Source: Candidatus Undinarchaeales archaeon (GTDB taxonomy: Archaea; SpSt-1190; JASMDC01). From it: a stretch of 64,000 nucleotides of DNA. The stretch spans positions 1 to 64,000 of the forward strand of contig JASMDC010000012.1 in assembly GCA_030753015.1 (NCBI GenBank), given 5' to 3'. The notes under the pieces were generated by a model. That model saw only the letters and a list, made by a program, of their open reading frames with translations, made no database searches and was not told where the DNA came from. The position numbers were made by a program, and so were the translations under genes. Shown here one piece after another: positions 26,176 to 37,000 of this stretch (positions within the stretch are counted from its first letter, which is position 1; each line of letters starts with the position of its first letter).

Positions 26176-27363
26176 CTACTTTCTGAGGCTCTCCACGGGG
26201 TGGAGCTGGGCTGCCTGCCACGCGGGCATTACCCCCGACAGGCTGCCGGTGAGGAACGAGAACCCAAGTGCTGTGCCGATGAGACCGGGTGTGATGTAGA
26301 GGTGGAGGATGAAGCCGGCGGCCCCGGCCCCCGCCTGGGCGAGGAGGGCGAACGAAAGCCCCACGCCCACTCCTAAAAGCCCCCCCACGAGGCCCAGAAG
26401 GCCCGACTCGATGAGGAAGATGGCGAGGATGTCGCCGTTGCGGGCGCCCACCGCCTTGAGTATGCCGATCTCCCGCTGGCGCTCCATCACCGAAGTGTAC
26501 ATGGTGTTCATGATGCCGATGCCGCCGACTACCAGTGCGATGGAGGCAACGCCAACGAACAACACCTGGATGGCGAGCATGATCCCCCCCATCAGGTCCA
26601 TCATCTGGTTGGCGGTCTGGACCGAGAAGTCCGCCTGGCCCCGGAAGTCCTCCAGCTCCTCCTTGATGTCCTCGGCCACCTTGGCCGGATCGAGCCCCGG
26701 ACGGACAATGGCTATCATATTGGACACCTCCTCGGGCTTGTCCATAAGCTCCCGCGCCATGTCCTTGGTGATGTAGAGTTGGGAGTCGTCCTGGGAGTTG
26801 CCCATGCTCTCGAGGATCCCGACGACCTTGAAACGGTGGCCATCCACGACCAGGTTCCCTCGCAGGGGCACGGGCTTGTCGAAGTAGCCATTGGCTATCC
26901 TGGAGCCGATGACTATGTTGGAGCGGTCGGCGGGATTGAGCATCCGTCCCGCCGACACATCAATACCCATTCGGTGGAAGAAGAACCCTATGTCCTTTGG
27001 GGAGACGCCGATGATGAAGGTGACGTACTTCTCCTGGCCGTACTCGATGGTGGTGGCGCCCGAGAGCATGCTCATAGTCCGGTCCACGCCCCGAACCCGG
27101 TCCACCACCTTGGCGTCCCGCTCGGTGAGGGCTCCAGCAGAGACCCCGAAGCTCCCCATCCCCCCCTCGCCGGTGAGGATCATGACCATGTCGGTGCCCA
27201 TGCGCTCGAACTGCTCGTTCATGTAGCCCTCCAGCCCCTTGGTGATGGAGATGAGGCTCACAACAGCCGCCACGGCGATGAACACCCCCAGGACGGTCAG
27301 CCAGGAGCGAAGCCCCCGCCGGGTCAGGTTCCGTACCGCGATTATGAAGTATTCGCCGATCAT
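26176..27363 (-). CDS. ABC transporter permease, MacB/FtsX-like (paralogue A2)
   Basis: Same length (395 aa) as 24403-25590 and visibly high identity to it. Confidence 0.92.
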   Translation of the reverse strand: MIGEYFIIAVRNLTRRGLRSWLTVLGVFIAVAAVVSLISITKGLEGYMNEQFERMGTDMVMILTGEGGMGSFGVSAGALTERDAKVVDRVRGVDRTMSMLSGATTIEYGQEKYVTFIIGVSPKDIGFFFHRMGIDVSAGRMLNPADRSNIVIGSRIANGYFDKPVPLRGNLVVDGHRFKVVGILESMGNSQDDSQLYITKDMARELMDKPEEVSNMIAIVRPGLDPAKVAEDIKEELEDFRGQADFSVQTANQMMDLMGGIMLAIQVLFVGVASIALVVGGIGIMNTMYTSVMERQREIGILKAVGARNGDILAIFLIESGLLGLVGGLLGVGVGLSFALLAQAGAGAAGFILHLYITPGLIGTALGFSFLTGSLSGVMPAWQAAQLHPVESLRK

Positions 27364-27372
27364 GGTATCACC

Positions 27373-28572
27373 TCACTCGTACCTCAACGCCTCCACGGGA
27401 TGGAGGTTGGCCGCCTGCAGAGCCGGGAGCACCCCCGAGATGCTCCCCACCAGGAAGGAGAATCCGATGGCCCCCACCCACAGGTGGATCCCCAGGTCGG
27501 GCTGCATGGCCGGGATGCCCGCTGCGGTGGCCCCTATACCCATGAGCAGCCCCAGACCGGCGCCCACTATGCATCCCAGGATGCCGCCCACGGTGCCCAG
27601 CATCCCCGACTCGATGAGAAAGATCGCGAGGATGTCCCCGTTGCGCGCCCCCACGGCCTTGAGTATACCGATCTCCGGGGTGCGCTCCAGAACGGATGTG
27701 TACATGGTGTTCATGATACCGATGCCGCCCACCACCAGGGAGATGGCGGCCATCCCCACGATCAGGCCCTGGATGGCCAGCATGGCAGCACCCGCCATCT
27801 CCGCCATGCCGGCCATGGTGTTGACCGCAAAATCCTCCTTGCCCCTGGAGTCCTCCAGCTCCTCCTTGACCTCGTCGGCCACCTTCTGCGGGTCGAATCC
27901 CTTCTTGGGCCTCACGTAGAACATGGACACCTCGTCCCCCACGCCCAGGACCTCCTTGCCCTTCTTCCAGGGGACGAAGAAGTTGGAGTTGTCCTGCTCG
28001 TTCCCGAAGTCCTCCATGACCCCCACCACGGTGAAGGTGTGGCCGCGGACGTCGACCTTGCTGCGCAGGCGGACGGGCTTGTCGAACTTGTCCCGGGTGT
28101 ACGCAACACCCACGACGGCCGCGTCGCGGTCCGATCTCAGAAAGTCCCTGCCCTGCTCCACCTCGAACCCGAACATCCTCTCGATGACGCCGTCCATGAG
28201 ATGGTTGGGGGTGATCACGAGGTAGCCCCGGGTTTCCTGCCCGCTGCGCTCGAAGGTCACCACGGTGAAGATGAAGGGCGCCACCGAGTCCACCCCGCGC
28301 ACACGCTCGATGACCTTCTGATCCTTTGAGGTCATGGGCTCGATGGCCATGCCCCCCGCGCCCATGGTGCCGCCCACACCGGGCAGGACCATGATCAGGT
28401 CGTACCCGACCTTCGAGTACATCTCGTCCATGTATTTCTGGAGCCCGGCGCCCATGGACATGAGCGCCACCACGGAGGCGATGCCGATGAAGATTCCCAG
28501 CACGGTGAGGAAGGACCGGGTCCCGCGACTGCGCAGGTTCCGGAACGCGATGCGGAAGTAATCTGCGATCAT
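27373..28572 (-). CDS. ABC transporter permease, MacB/FtsX-like (paralogue B1)
   Basis: FtsX motifs; 399 aa; close paralogue of 28582-29781. Confidence 0.92.
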   Translation of the reverse strand: MIADYFRIAFRNLRSRGTRSFLTVLGIFIGIASVVALMSMGAGLQKYMDEMYSKVGYDLIMVLPGVGGTMGAGGMAIEPMTSKDQKVIERVRGVDSVAPFIFTVVTFERSGQETRGYLVITPNHLMDGVIERMFGFEVEQGRDFLRSDRDAAVVGVAYTRDKFDKPVRLRSKVDVRGHTFTVVGVMEDFGNEQDNSNFFVPWKKGKEVLGVGDEVSMFYVRPKKGFDPQKVADEVKEELEDSRGKEDFAVNTMAGMAEMAGAAMLAIQGLIVGMAAISLVVGGIGIMNTMYTSVLERTPEIGILKAVGARNGDILAIFLIESGMLGTVGGILGCIVGAGLGLLMGIGATAAGIPAMQPDLGIHLWVGAIGFSFLVGSISGVLPALQAANLHPVEALRYE

Positions 28573-28581
28573 CTCTTTCCC

Positions 28582-29781
28582 TCACTCATAGCGCAACGCC
28601 TCTACGGGATGCAGGTTCGCCGCCTGCATGGCCGGGAGCAGCCCCGACGCGCTACCCACGATGAAGGAGAACGCGATGGAGCCGATCCACAGGTGGATCC
28701 CCAGGTCGGGCTGCATGGCCGAGATGCCCGCGGACCTGGCGCCGACGCCCATGAGCAGCCCCAGGCCAACGCCCACCAGGCATCCCAGGATGCCCCCCAC
28801 GGTGCCCAGCATCCCAGACTCGATGAGAAAGATCATCATGATGTCCCCGTTGCGGGCGCCCACGGCCTTGAGTATGCCGATCTCCTGGGTGCGCTCCAGC
28901 ACGGACGTATACATGGTGTTCATGATGCCGATGCCGCCCACCACCAGTGATATGGCGGCCATGCCGATGATCAGGCCTTGGACGGCAAGCATGCCGGCCA
29001 TGACCATCGCGCTCATGGTGGCTAGGGTATTGACCGCAAAATCCTCCTTGCCCCGATGGTCCTCTAGCTCCTCGCGGATGTCCGCGGCCACCTTCTCCAC
29101 GTCGAACCCGTTCTTTGCGGTCGCGTAGATCATGGACACCTCGTCCCCGACGCCCAGGACCTCCTTGCCCTTGTCCCAGGGGACGTAGATGGTGGAGTCC
29201 TTCTGCACGGCCCCAATGGCCTCCAGGAGGCCCACGACCTTGAACTCGTGGCCACGGACGGTGAGCTTGCTGTGCATGGTAACGGGTTTGTCGTACATAT
29301 CGCCCACGAACTCGGTCCCCACGACGATCGCGTCCCGGTCACTGGTCCGCAGGGGCCGGCCCTGGGTCACGTAGTACCCGAACATCTTGCCCACCACGTC
29401 GTCCGTGATGTGGTTGGGGATGACGCCGATGAATCCCTTCCTCTCCTGGCCCGCGTGCTCAATGGTCACCAAGGACATTATCATCGGCATGACCAGGTCC
29501 ACTCCGCGCACCCGCTCGATGATTTTGACGTCCTTGCTGGTGAACGGTTCGATGGACAGCCCCCCGGCACCCATGGTGCCTCCCACACCGGGCATGATCA
29601 TGATCTTGTCATACCCCACCTTCGAATAGGCATCGTCCATGAAGTTCTTTAGCCCGGTCCCCATGGAGACCAGGGACACCACGGCAGCGATGCCGATGAA
29701 GATGCCGAGCACGGTGAGGAACGAGCGGGTTCCGCGACTGCGCAGGTTCCGGAACGCGATCCTGAAGTACTCGGTGAACAC
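28582..29781 (-). CDS. ABC transporter permease, MacB/FtsX-like (paralogue B2)
   Basis: FtsX motifs; GTG start; 399 aa. Confidence 0.92.
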   Translation of the reverse strand: MFTEYFRIAFRNLRSRGTRSFLTVLGIFIGIAAVVSLVSMGTGLKNFMDDAYSKVGYDKIMIMPGVGGTMGAGGLSIEPFTSKDVKIIERVRGVDLVMPMIMSLVTIEHAGQERKGFIGVIPNHITDDVVGKMFGYYVTQGRPLRTSDRDAIVVGTEFVGDMYDKPVTMHSKLTVRGHEFKVVGLLEAIGAVQKDSTIYVPWDKGKEVLGVGDEVSMIYATAKNGFDVEKVAADIREELEDHRGKEDFAVNTLATMSAMVMAGMLAVQGLIIGMAAISLVVGGIGIMNTMYTSVLERTQEIGILKAVGARNGDIMMIFLIESGMLGTVGGILGCLVGVGLGLLMGVGARSAGISAMQPDLGIHLWIGSIAFSFIVGSASGLLPAMQAANLHPVEALRYE

Positions 29782-29826
29782 GGTATCACTTCCCTATCAT
29801 GGTCCTGTGCCCTCCCGGGCAGGGGC

Positions 29827-31803
29827 TCACTTGGAGCCCCTGCGCCAGAAGAAGCGGTACGCGCCGTACAGGCCGCCGACGAATACCAAGAGACCCGTCA
29901 CTATACCGATGACAGCTCCGGTCCCCATGGTGAACTCGAGCCCTAGGCGCTTGATGTCCTCTGCCCCGTAGATGGTCAGTTCGATATTCTCCGTCTTGGT
30001 GTAGATCTTCCGACTGGAGTCCTGATATTCTACGGTCACGGGGAACTCCAGGTTCCCGGGTGCGGCATCGGCATTGACCTTGAGCTCGAACTCCGCCGTC
30101 TCGAAGTCGTCGGAGTCCATCTTGCCCACGTAGATTCGGTCCGAGGACAGGACCTCCAGAGCGTCGGTGGGGGCCACCGAGACCGTCAGGAACTTGATGT
30201 TCTCTGTGCCCTTGTTCACGAAGTTCAGGGTCACGGTCCCCTTCTGTCCCGCCTTGTAAAGGGGCGACTTCTCAAGTCCGATCTGGAGGCGCGGGACCTC
30301 GCCCGTGAGCTCGCCTATGGGATCGCCAGCCAAGTAGAGCCGGAGCAGTGTGTGCTTCTCCTCGGTATACTCGTGGTTCTGGGTGTCGCTGAATCTCAGC
30401 TGGAGTTCGAGGTCAGAGGTTGCCGCAGCGAACACCTCGGGCACGTGGATTGTGTAGGTGAGGGTGGCCTTTGCGTTGGCCGCAAGGCTCTCCACGAACG
30501 TCGTGGGCGAGGAGAGCACCTTCACTCTCTTGGGTACCAGTAGCTGGGCCACCACGGACCGGGCCTCCTCGGCGCCCACGTTGAGCAGCTCGATGGACAC
30601 GTCCTGGGTGGTCCCCTTCTTGAACAGGTCGGGGGCAGCCACCCGCAGGTCCAGGTCGGGCTTCGAACCCACCACGAGGGTGAGGATGCTCATGCGGGTG
30701 AAGCGTTCGCCCAAGCTGTCCAGGTAGGAGATGCCTACTGGGACCTTGTAGATACCAGGAGCGGCGGTTCCTGCCGCCGACAGGTCGAACTGCACGGTGC
30801 CCTCGGTACCTGGAGCAAGGCTGTCCAGTACCCGTTCTGCCGACGACTGGCTTGTTGCGAAGGGGAGGGTCTCTGACGAGAGGACCAGGCCAACGGTGAT
30901 GCTCCGCAGGGGCACGTCCGAGGCGCTCTTCAAGGTGAGGTAGACGCTGGCGTCCCCGCCGGGCGGGATGCGCACGGGATCGGTTGTCGTACCTGCAACG
31001 AGCAGGTCGCGTCCGACCGCCTTGCGCACGTTCAACGCGAGCTCGAGGCTCTTTGTAGCCGTTGCGCCTTTGCTCTTGTAGGTGAGGGTGAGCGGAAGGA
31101 TATAGATACCGTCCGCACCGTCACCGATCCCCAGGGAGATGTACACCTTCTTCGCGGATCGGGGGCCCATATCCCCCAGCCATCGGCTGTTACCGGTACT
31201 TAGGAGATAGAAGAGGCTGGAGTCCGTGGATCCCTTGGGCGTGGTGCTGATGTCCAGCTGAACGTCCTGGGCCTTCCCAAGGCCCGAGTTCTCGAGGGTA
31301 AGGGCTGCAGTGACGGTCCCGCCCGGTACGAGGTGCTCGGGTTCAAGGACAATCTCTTTGAGCGTGAAGTCCGCTCCGGACTCCACGTCGATGCTCACCT
31401 TATTGACTGTCACTTCCTCGCCCTCGGCGCACGTGTCGGGGCAAGCGGCTATCTCAAGCTCATATGTGTCCTCCGGCGCGTCCTCGGCCACGATGACATA
31501 GAACTTGCGGTACACTTCCGTCTTGGGTGCGAGACTGCCGATATGGAACGATTCGCTCTCACCCGGTTTCAGGCTGAACGGGTACTTGGGCCGCACCTCA
31601 AGCACAAGATCGGACGCTGTGTTCTGTGCGTAGTTGTCCACCTTGATGCTCACCTCCACCTGGCGCCCGGGCTCGGCAGGGGCCGGGTCATAGCTCAATC
31701 CGAGCACGCGGATGTTCGGCTCCGTCGGGAGGAAGTCGGCCCCGGCCGAAAGGGCTAGAATCAGGGCGCATACGATACCGGCTACGATCTTCTTGTCAGT
31801 CAT
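29827..31803 (-). CDS. COG1361 S-layer-domain/CARDB-repeat membrane-anchored protein
   Basis: Signal peptide, YDPAPAEPG, repeated N.G...A / G.L.P / PG.Y Ig-like units, C-terminal TM with basic tail. Confidence 0.82.
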   Translation of the reverse strand: MTDKKIVAGIVCALILALSAGADFLPTEPNIRVLGLSYDPAPAEPGRQVEVSIKVDNYAQNTASDLVLEVRPKYPFSLKPGESESFHIGSLAPKTEVYRKFYVIVAEDAPEDTYELEIAACPDTCAEGEEVTVNKVSIDVESGADFTLKEIVLEPEHLVPGGTVTAALTLENSGLGKAQDVQLDISTTPKGSTDSSLFYLLSTGNSRWLGDMGPRSAKKVYISLGIGDGADGIYILPLTLTYKSKGATATKSLELALNVRKAVGRDLLVAGTTTDPVRIPPGGDASVYLTLKSASDVPLRSITVGLVLSSETLPFATSQSSAERVLDSLAPGTEGTVQFDLSAAGTAAPGIYKVPVGISYLDSLGERFTRMSILTLVVGSKPDLDLRVAAPDLFKKGTTQDVSIELLNVGAEEARSVVAQLLVPKRVKVLSSPTTFVESLAANAKATLTYTIHVPEVFAAATSDLELQLRFSDTQNHEYTEEKHTLLRLYLAGDPIGELTGEVPRLQIGLEKSPLYKAGQKGTVTLNFVNKGTENIKFLTVSVAPTDALEVLSSDRIYVGKMDSDDFETAEFELKVNADAAPGNLEFPVTVEYQDSSRKIYTKTENIELTIYGAEDIKRLGLEFTMGTGAVIGIVTGLLVFVGGLYGAYRFFWRRGSK

Positions 31804-32582
31804 GATTTCTCACCTTTCTTTGTATCCTTCTTCTTCTCTTTCTTTGCTTCCAAAGCATGGTTCTCTTTGTACTTCAAACGGTCGACGACAGCGCCGTCCA
31901 GGAGATAGACGGTCCGCTTCGCATACGTGGCGAGGTGGTCGTCGTGGGTCACCATGATGATGGTCTTGCCCTCCTTGTGGAGCTTGGAAAGCATGGTCAT
32001 GATGTCCCGCCCCATCTTCGAGTCCACGTTCCCGGTGGGCTCATCAGCGAGTATGATATCGGGATCGTTGCACAGCGCACGAGCGATGGCCACGCGCTGC
32101 TGCTGGCCCCCTGACAGTTCAGAGGGCAGATGGTCCATGCGGTTGCCCAGCTCCATCTTCTCCAAAAGCTCAGTGGCCCGTTCAAACCGTTCGTCCGAGC
32201 TGTATCCCTGGAATACCATGGGCAGCATGACGTTCTCGAGAGCGGTGAGCCCCGGGATGAGGTTGAACTGCTGGAAGATGAACCCGATATTCTGCCCACG
32301 GATCTGGGCCAGATCGCTCTCCTCCAGTTCGGCGATGTCCTGGCCCTCCAGGAGGATGGTCCCGTCCGTAGGCACGTCCAAGCATCCCACCATGTTCATG
32401 GCGGTGCTCTTCCCCGAGCCCGAGGGTCCCATGATGGCCACGAACTCCCCCTGGTGAATGGTAAGATCGATACCGCGAAGGGCATGGACGGCAGCGTCAC
32501 CCTCGCCGTAGATCTTCGTGACCCCCTTGAGGATAAGCAGGGTGGTCCCCCCGTCACCGCTGGTTTTCTCGTCCTTGGCCAT
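31800..32582 (-). CDS. ABC transporter ATP-binding protein (LolD/MacB type)
   Basis: GPSGSGKS, LSGGQQQRVAIARAL, ILADEPTGN, VTHD. Confidence 0.96.
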   Translation of the reverse strand: MAKDEKTSGDGGTTLLILKGVTKIYGEGDAAVHALRGIDLTIHQGEFVAIMGPSGSGKSTAMNMVGCLDVPTDGTILLEGQDIAELEESDLAQIRGQNIGFIFQQFNLIPGLTALENVMLPMVFQGYSSDERFERATELLEKMELGNRMDHLPSELSGGQQQRVAIARALCNDPDIILADEPTGNVDSKMGRDIMTMLSKLHKEGKTIIMVTHDDHLATYAKRTVYLLDGAVVDRLKYKENHALEAKKEKKKDTKKGEKS

Positions 32583-32606
32583 GGTCTCACCTTCTGTTCT
32601 TGTCTC

Positions 32607-33173
32607 CTATCTCTTCAGAGCCTCGAAGCTATTCTCCAAGGGAATGCCGTGCTTCTCCTCGAGGAAATTGAAGATGTCCTCGTAGATCTCTATGACCTGT
32701 GTGTACTCGTTCTCGAGCTTGCGGAGGGTCTTGATCCGGTACTCCAGGTCAGCCCGCTCCTCGGGCGATGCCTTGGAGCTCTTCTGCAATCCCTCGAAGT
32801 CCGCAAGAGCAGTGCGCACCGCATCACGGAGCGTGCGGGACATGACGGGAATCTGGGTCATGAGGATGAGCAAGGCCTTCCCCAGTTCGAGGGTCATCAC
32901 CGAGAAGTACAGCTTCTTGCTCCCCGGCCGGGTCTCATGCCGGACCTTCTTGAGCCCCACTAGCAGTTTGAGGTTGGTGGAGAGGGAGGAGAGGCTGTAG
33001 CCCGTGCGCGCAGAGAGCTCCTGCATGGTGACGGGCTCGGGAGAGAACATGAGCGTGAACATGATCCTGCCAAAGATGGGGGACATGCCCATGGGCGCCA
33101 TGACCGGGATGACGTTCGTCAGCAGATCATCCTCGATGCCCTTTATCTCCGATGCGAGCGTTTTCATAGCCAT
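32607..33173 (-). CDS. GbsR/MarR-like transcriptional regulator
   Basis: GRI...L, PVTMQELS.RTGYSLSSLS..LK.L, RPGSKK.YF. Confidence 0.82.
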   Translation of the reverse strand: MAMKTLASEIKGIEDDLLTNVIPVMAPMGMSPIFGRIMFTLMFSPEPVTMQELSARTGYSLSSLSTNLKLLVGLKKVRHETRPGSKKLYFSVMTLELGKALLILMTQIPVMSRTLRDAVRTALADFEGLQKSSKASPEERADLEYRIKTLRKLENEYTQVIEIYEDIFNFLEEKHGIPLENSFEALKR

Positions 33174-33239
33174 GTCATCCCCTGGATATTCGAATTTTAT
33201 ATTATTTACTGTATTTTTAGAACATTCCGAATTTAAATA

Positions 33240-33260
33240 ATTTTAGTATATACTGAAAAT
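33240..33260. promoter_or_regulatory. AT-rich palindromic operator candidate upstream of the ABC operon
   Basis: ATTTTAGTATATACTGAAAAT near-palindrome. Confidence 0.5.
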
Positions 33261-33268
33261 ACCGAATA

Positions 33269-33826
33269 TCATCCGACACTCTCCTCTCCTTCGATGATGA
33301 ACCTGCCTATGAGCATCATGAACCGCTCCATTAGCTGATAGTCCTTTTCCATCCCATCGACTATCTCGAGCCGCTTCCGGAGTGCCTCACGTTCCTCTGC
33401 GGTCGCGCCCTCCTCATCCAAGCGCTCCTCCACGGCCAAGTACCCCTTGCGGATGCGCGGGAGGTCCCTGAGCATCACCTTGACCTCTCGTTCGTACCCG
33501 ATGCGCATGATGTTCATCATGATCTCAAGGAGCTTCTTGGATCTGATCGATATGTACGACTTCTTGCTCCCAGGTCGTTTATCACGTCGCACAATACCCA
33601 TACCGTCGAGGGCACGGACGTTCCTGCTGAGGGTCGGAAGGCTGTAGCCCGTCTTTTCCGAGAGCTCCTGCATGGTGACTGGCCCCTCTACCAGGAAGAG
33701 CTCGGCCATGATTCTTCCCGGAGCGGCGGGGAGCCCGAAGCTGGTCGTGACATCAACGAAGAGCTGATGGAACTCTTCATCGGCGGTCTTGATGAGAGCG
33801 TCATGTGGCGATGTGTGCGAGGTCAT
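33269..33826 (-). CDS. GbsR/MarR-like transcriptional regulator (second paralogue)
   Basis: PVTMQELSEKTGYSL and RPGSKK shared with 32607-33173. Confidence 0.82.
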   Translation of the reverse strand: MTSHTSPHDALIKTADEEFHQLFVDVTTSFGLPAAPGRIMAELFLVEGPVTMQELSEKTGYSLPTLSRNVRALDGMGIVRRDKRPGSKKSYISIRSKKLLEIMMNIMRIGYEREVKVMLRDLPRIRKGYLAVEERLDEEGATAEEREALRKRLEIVDGMEKDYQLMERFMMLIGRFIIEGEESVG

Positions 33827-33859
33827 AGGTGGACAAGTATATGGCGTTTGTTACTTTTA

Positions 33860-33883
33860 TATTTTTCTTAATTATGAAAAATA
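33860..33883. promoter_or_regulatory. 24-bp palindromic operator candidate
   Basis: TATTTTTCTTAATTATGAAAAATA, 22 of 24 positions self-complementary. Confidence 0.55.
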
Positions 33884-34018
33884 AGCAACAAGTGAAATCT
33901 TCTATGCTACATATCCGTTTTTGTTACAATTTAGAAACGCTAGGCGGCGGATACGTCCGGCCGGTTTCGTAAGGTTTTTAAGCCCCGCCGGGTAATATAA
34001 CTACGGAGTGGTAACTAG

Positions 34019-37000
34019 GTGTTGCCCCGGAGTGTGTTCATCTTGGTAGGGCGAACTTCGTTGGTCGTGCTCATCGCATTAACATTGCTCATGCTCCCCG
34101 TTGTTGGGAACGGTGAGGGCACGGGGACAGGCACCGGTTCCGGCACGGGTGCACCCCAGAACACCGCGGACAATGCAATAGACTTCTCCCAGTTTTTCAG
34201 CGAGAGCGAACAAGAGATGCTCGAGACAAACGAGGAACTGGAAGCCGTAAGAGCGAACCTCCAGATAGCCATCCAGGAATGCTCGGCCAAGGAGGAAGAA
34301 CGCCTCCAGAAGTGGCAGACGCTTGAGCAGAAACGTGTGGTCATGGAGCAGCGTCAGGAGGTCCTTGACCAGCGGACGGAAGAGCGTGTCCAGAAGGAGA
34401 CAGTGCGCGACGAGAAACAGGTGAACAAGAACAACGCTGATGCGGCATTATCAGATTGCCAGGACTGCTCGTGCCCCGAGGGTGAGGAGAACTGCGGCTG
34501 CGACTGCGGCGACGAGGAGGCCGCCGTAGCGACCGCTCAGGCGGAGCTCACTGCCGCCCAGACCGAGCACACGACGGCCGAGACCGAGTTCAACGATGCT
34601 GATGAGTATGCCGCCGCCGCTTGTCTAGTCCAGGGCGACCTTGACGGTGTTGACCTCCGGGAGGGCGGATGTAGTGGCGGCGCTTGTGTGACCTTTTCGA
34701 CCGATGAAGAAACGATCACGCAGGACGTCGAATCACTGACAGAAGAGGACCCCTTGGCTATTGAGACATCCACGAACGCCGAAGCAGACGATGTTTTTTC
34801 AGATATGGATACACCAGAAGCGACGACCACCGACTTCGATGCAGCGGCTGGCGACTTCCTGATAAACGGCGTGGACCGGCTCGAGGACCTCATAACCTAC
34901 ACCGAGACTATGGCGGAGGCCTATGATAGACTGGAGACAGCTATGGAGGAGGACAACGAGGAGCTTACGGCCTATCTCGAGGGAAAGGACCCCATGGGTC
35001 TCACACCTGCTGAGCTCGAGGACCTCTTCACGTTCGTGATGGAGACAAAGGATGAGCTACCTGTGGACGACAACCACTTTTTCGACGCCATGCACTACCT
35101 CTCGAGCGAGGAGGGCGAGCTCTTCCTGGCGGATGTAGAGGAGAAATCACTGGCCGGCACGATCAGTGGCCTGAACATGGACAAGGAGAACATCGAGAAC
35201 GTCATCGACGCGCTCCAATCGGAGAAGGAGTTCTATACGATGCTCCTGTTCTGGGCCGCGGATCCCGAGGACATCGCCTGGGTCTTGGAGGAGATCGCCC
35301 TCATCGAGGAATTCCAGGACGCTCTCAAGGACGAGGTCACTCGGATCGACACTGAGATGGTTAAGCTCAACGAACAGCGAGAGAAGGCAGAGGAGGCGAA
35401 GACGGCCATCGTGGAGAGCTTAACGGCGGCCGAGGCGAAGGTGACGACGGCCACGAACGCCCTCAACGAGTGTAGTGGGGATACGGTCGAGTGCGACGAG
35501 GACACGGTGACACAACTCCAGCTAGATCTGCAGACGGCGGAAGAGGAAAGGAACCTGTTGCAGACCCAGCTCGATGAGACGAACACGCTGCTCGAAGAAC
35601 TGGACGCGAAGGGGGGTGCGCTCGAGGAGGAGAAGGAAAATATCGAGACCACTGTGGACACCTTCGACGATATCATCGGTGGCGAGGAAGTGGACCCTGA
35701 CGCGCTCAACACCCTGGTGGGCATCACAACAAACAGGGCGACGGAAACGGTCGACACCATCGATGAGCAGATAGATCTGAAGAAGGACGAGCAGGGTCAG
35801 ATCACCATCACGATCGACCAGAGCCAGAACGACCTGGAGGACAAGCAGGCCCAGACCGAGAAGGAGCGGCAGGAGCTGGCGCAGAGACAGCTCGAGGAGG
35901 CCCAGAAGAAGGAGCTGGAGCTTCAGCAGACCAAGACCGAACTCTCCACGGACCTCACAGCAGCAGAGGAAAAGCTCGCCTATATCGAGGAACAGCTCAA
36001 GGCAGCGACCGAGGAGGGGGACAAGAATACGCTCGAGGATCTCAAGCAGCAGATCCTCAAGGAACGTGAGGAGCTGGAGACCAAGCTCGGGGAGATAACG
36101 AACCAGATCGATGACGCGCGGGACCGTCGCCATGAGATCGAGGATAAGTACGGTGTAGGCAATCCCGAACAGCGGACCGCTGAGAACCAGATCGACGAGG
36201 CGAAGGCCCAGGAGACGCAGCTCAAGGAGAACCGTGAGCAGCTCACCACCGACATCAAGGAGAAGGACCAAGTGCTCGCGACCATCGAGGAGCAGCTCAA
36301 GGGGGTTTCCAATGACGAGGAACGGAAGCAGCTCGAGGAGCAGAAGGCGATCGTGCTCAACGAGCGCGAGCAGCTATCCACACAGCTCGAGGACGTGACA
36401 CAGGACATCGAAGAGGCCGCTACCAAGCGTCAGGAGCTCGAGACGAAGTACGAGGAGCAGTACGGGGCAGCTCCGCCGGAGGCCGAGCCCAAGGCCACCG
36501 ATACAAAGGAGGACAAGCCCGGGACGGTGGAGGAGGCGACCAATGCTTTCGAGTCGGTCATCGAGAACATCGAGCAGGCCGGCGTGGGGATCGAGGGCGA
36601 GGAAGCCGTGACCGAGGCCCCACCCAACACCAATCCGAATGTTGAGTTCCTCAACGCCGTGACGGAGACACTGGAACGGGTGGGCCAGTCAACTGCCAAG
36701 GAAGAACCTGACGAGGGGACGCCCGAGCCGTCGGAACCCGAGCCCCCGAAGAAGGAGAGAAGACGGCTCGAACCGGTGATCATCCCTCCGCCAGTGGCGT
36801 CGTACATCGATCCGTTCCCCACCCAGTACAGCCCTATAGGGATCATGACGATTATCGAGGAGCCGCTCGTTGCTGTGAAGGCCGCACCGCCCCCGTCACC
36901 ACCCTCGACATCGTCGCCCGTCACCCCTGCAGGCCCGGTCCAACCGTTGCAACCCGGAGAGATCGTAACAGCACCGCCCCAGCTCGATCCGGTGGATGCG

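Noticed and set aside
27368-28585. 405-aa same-strand alternative-frame ORF over permease B1
   Set aside because: Arg/Gly/Pro-rich off-frame product of GC3 bias, and not preserved across the other paralogues
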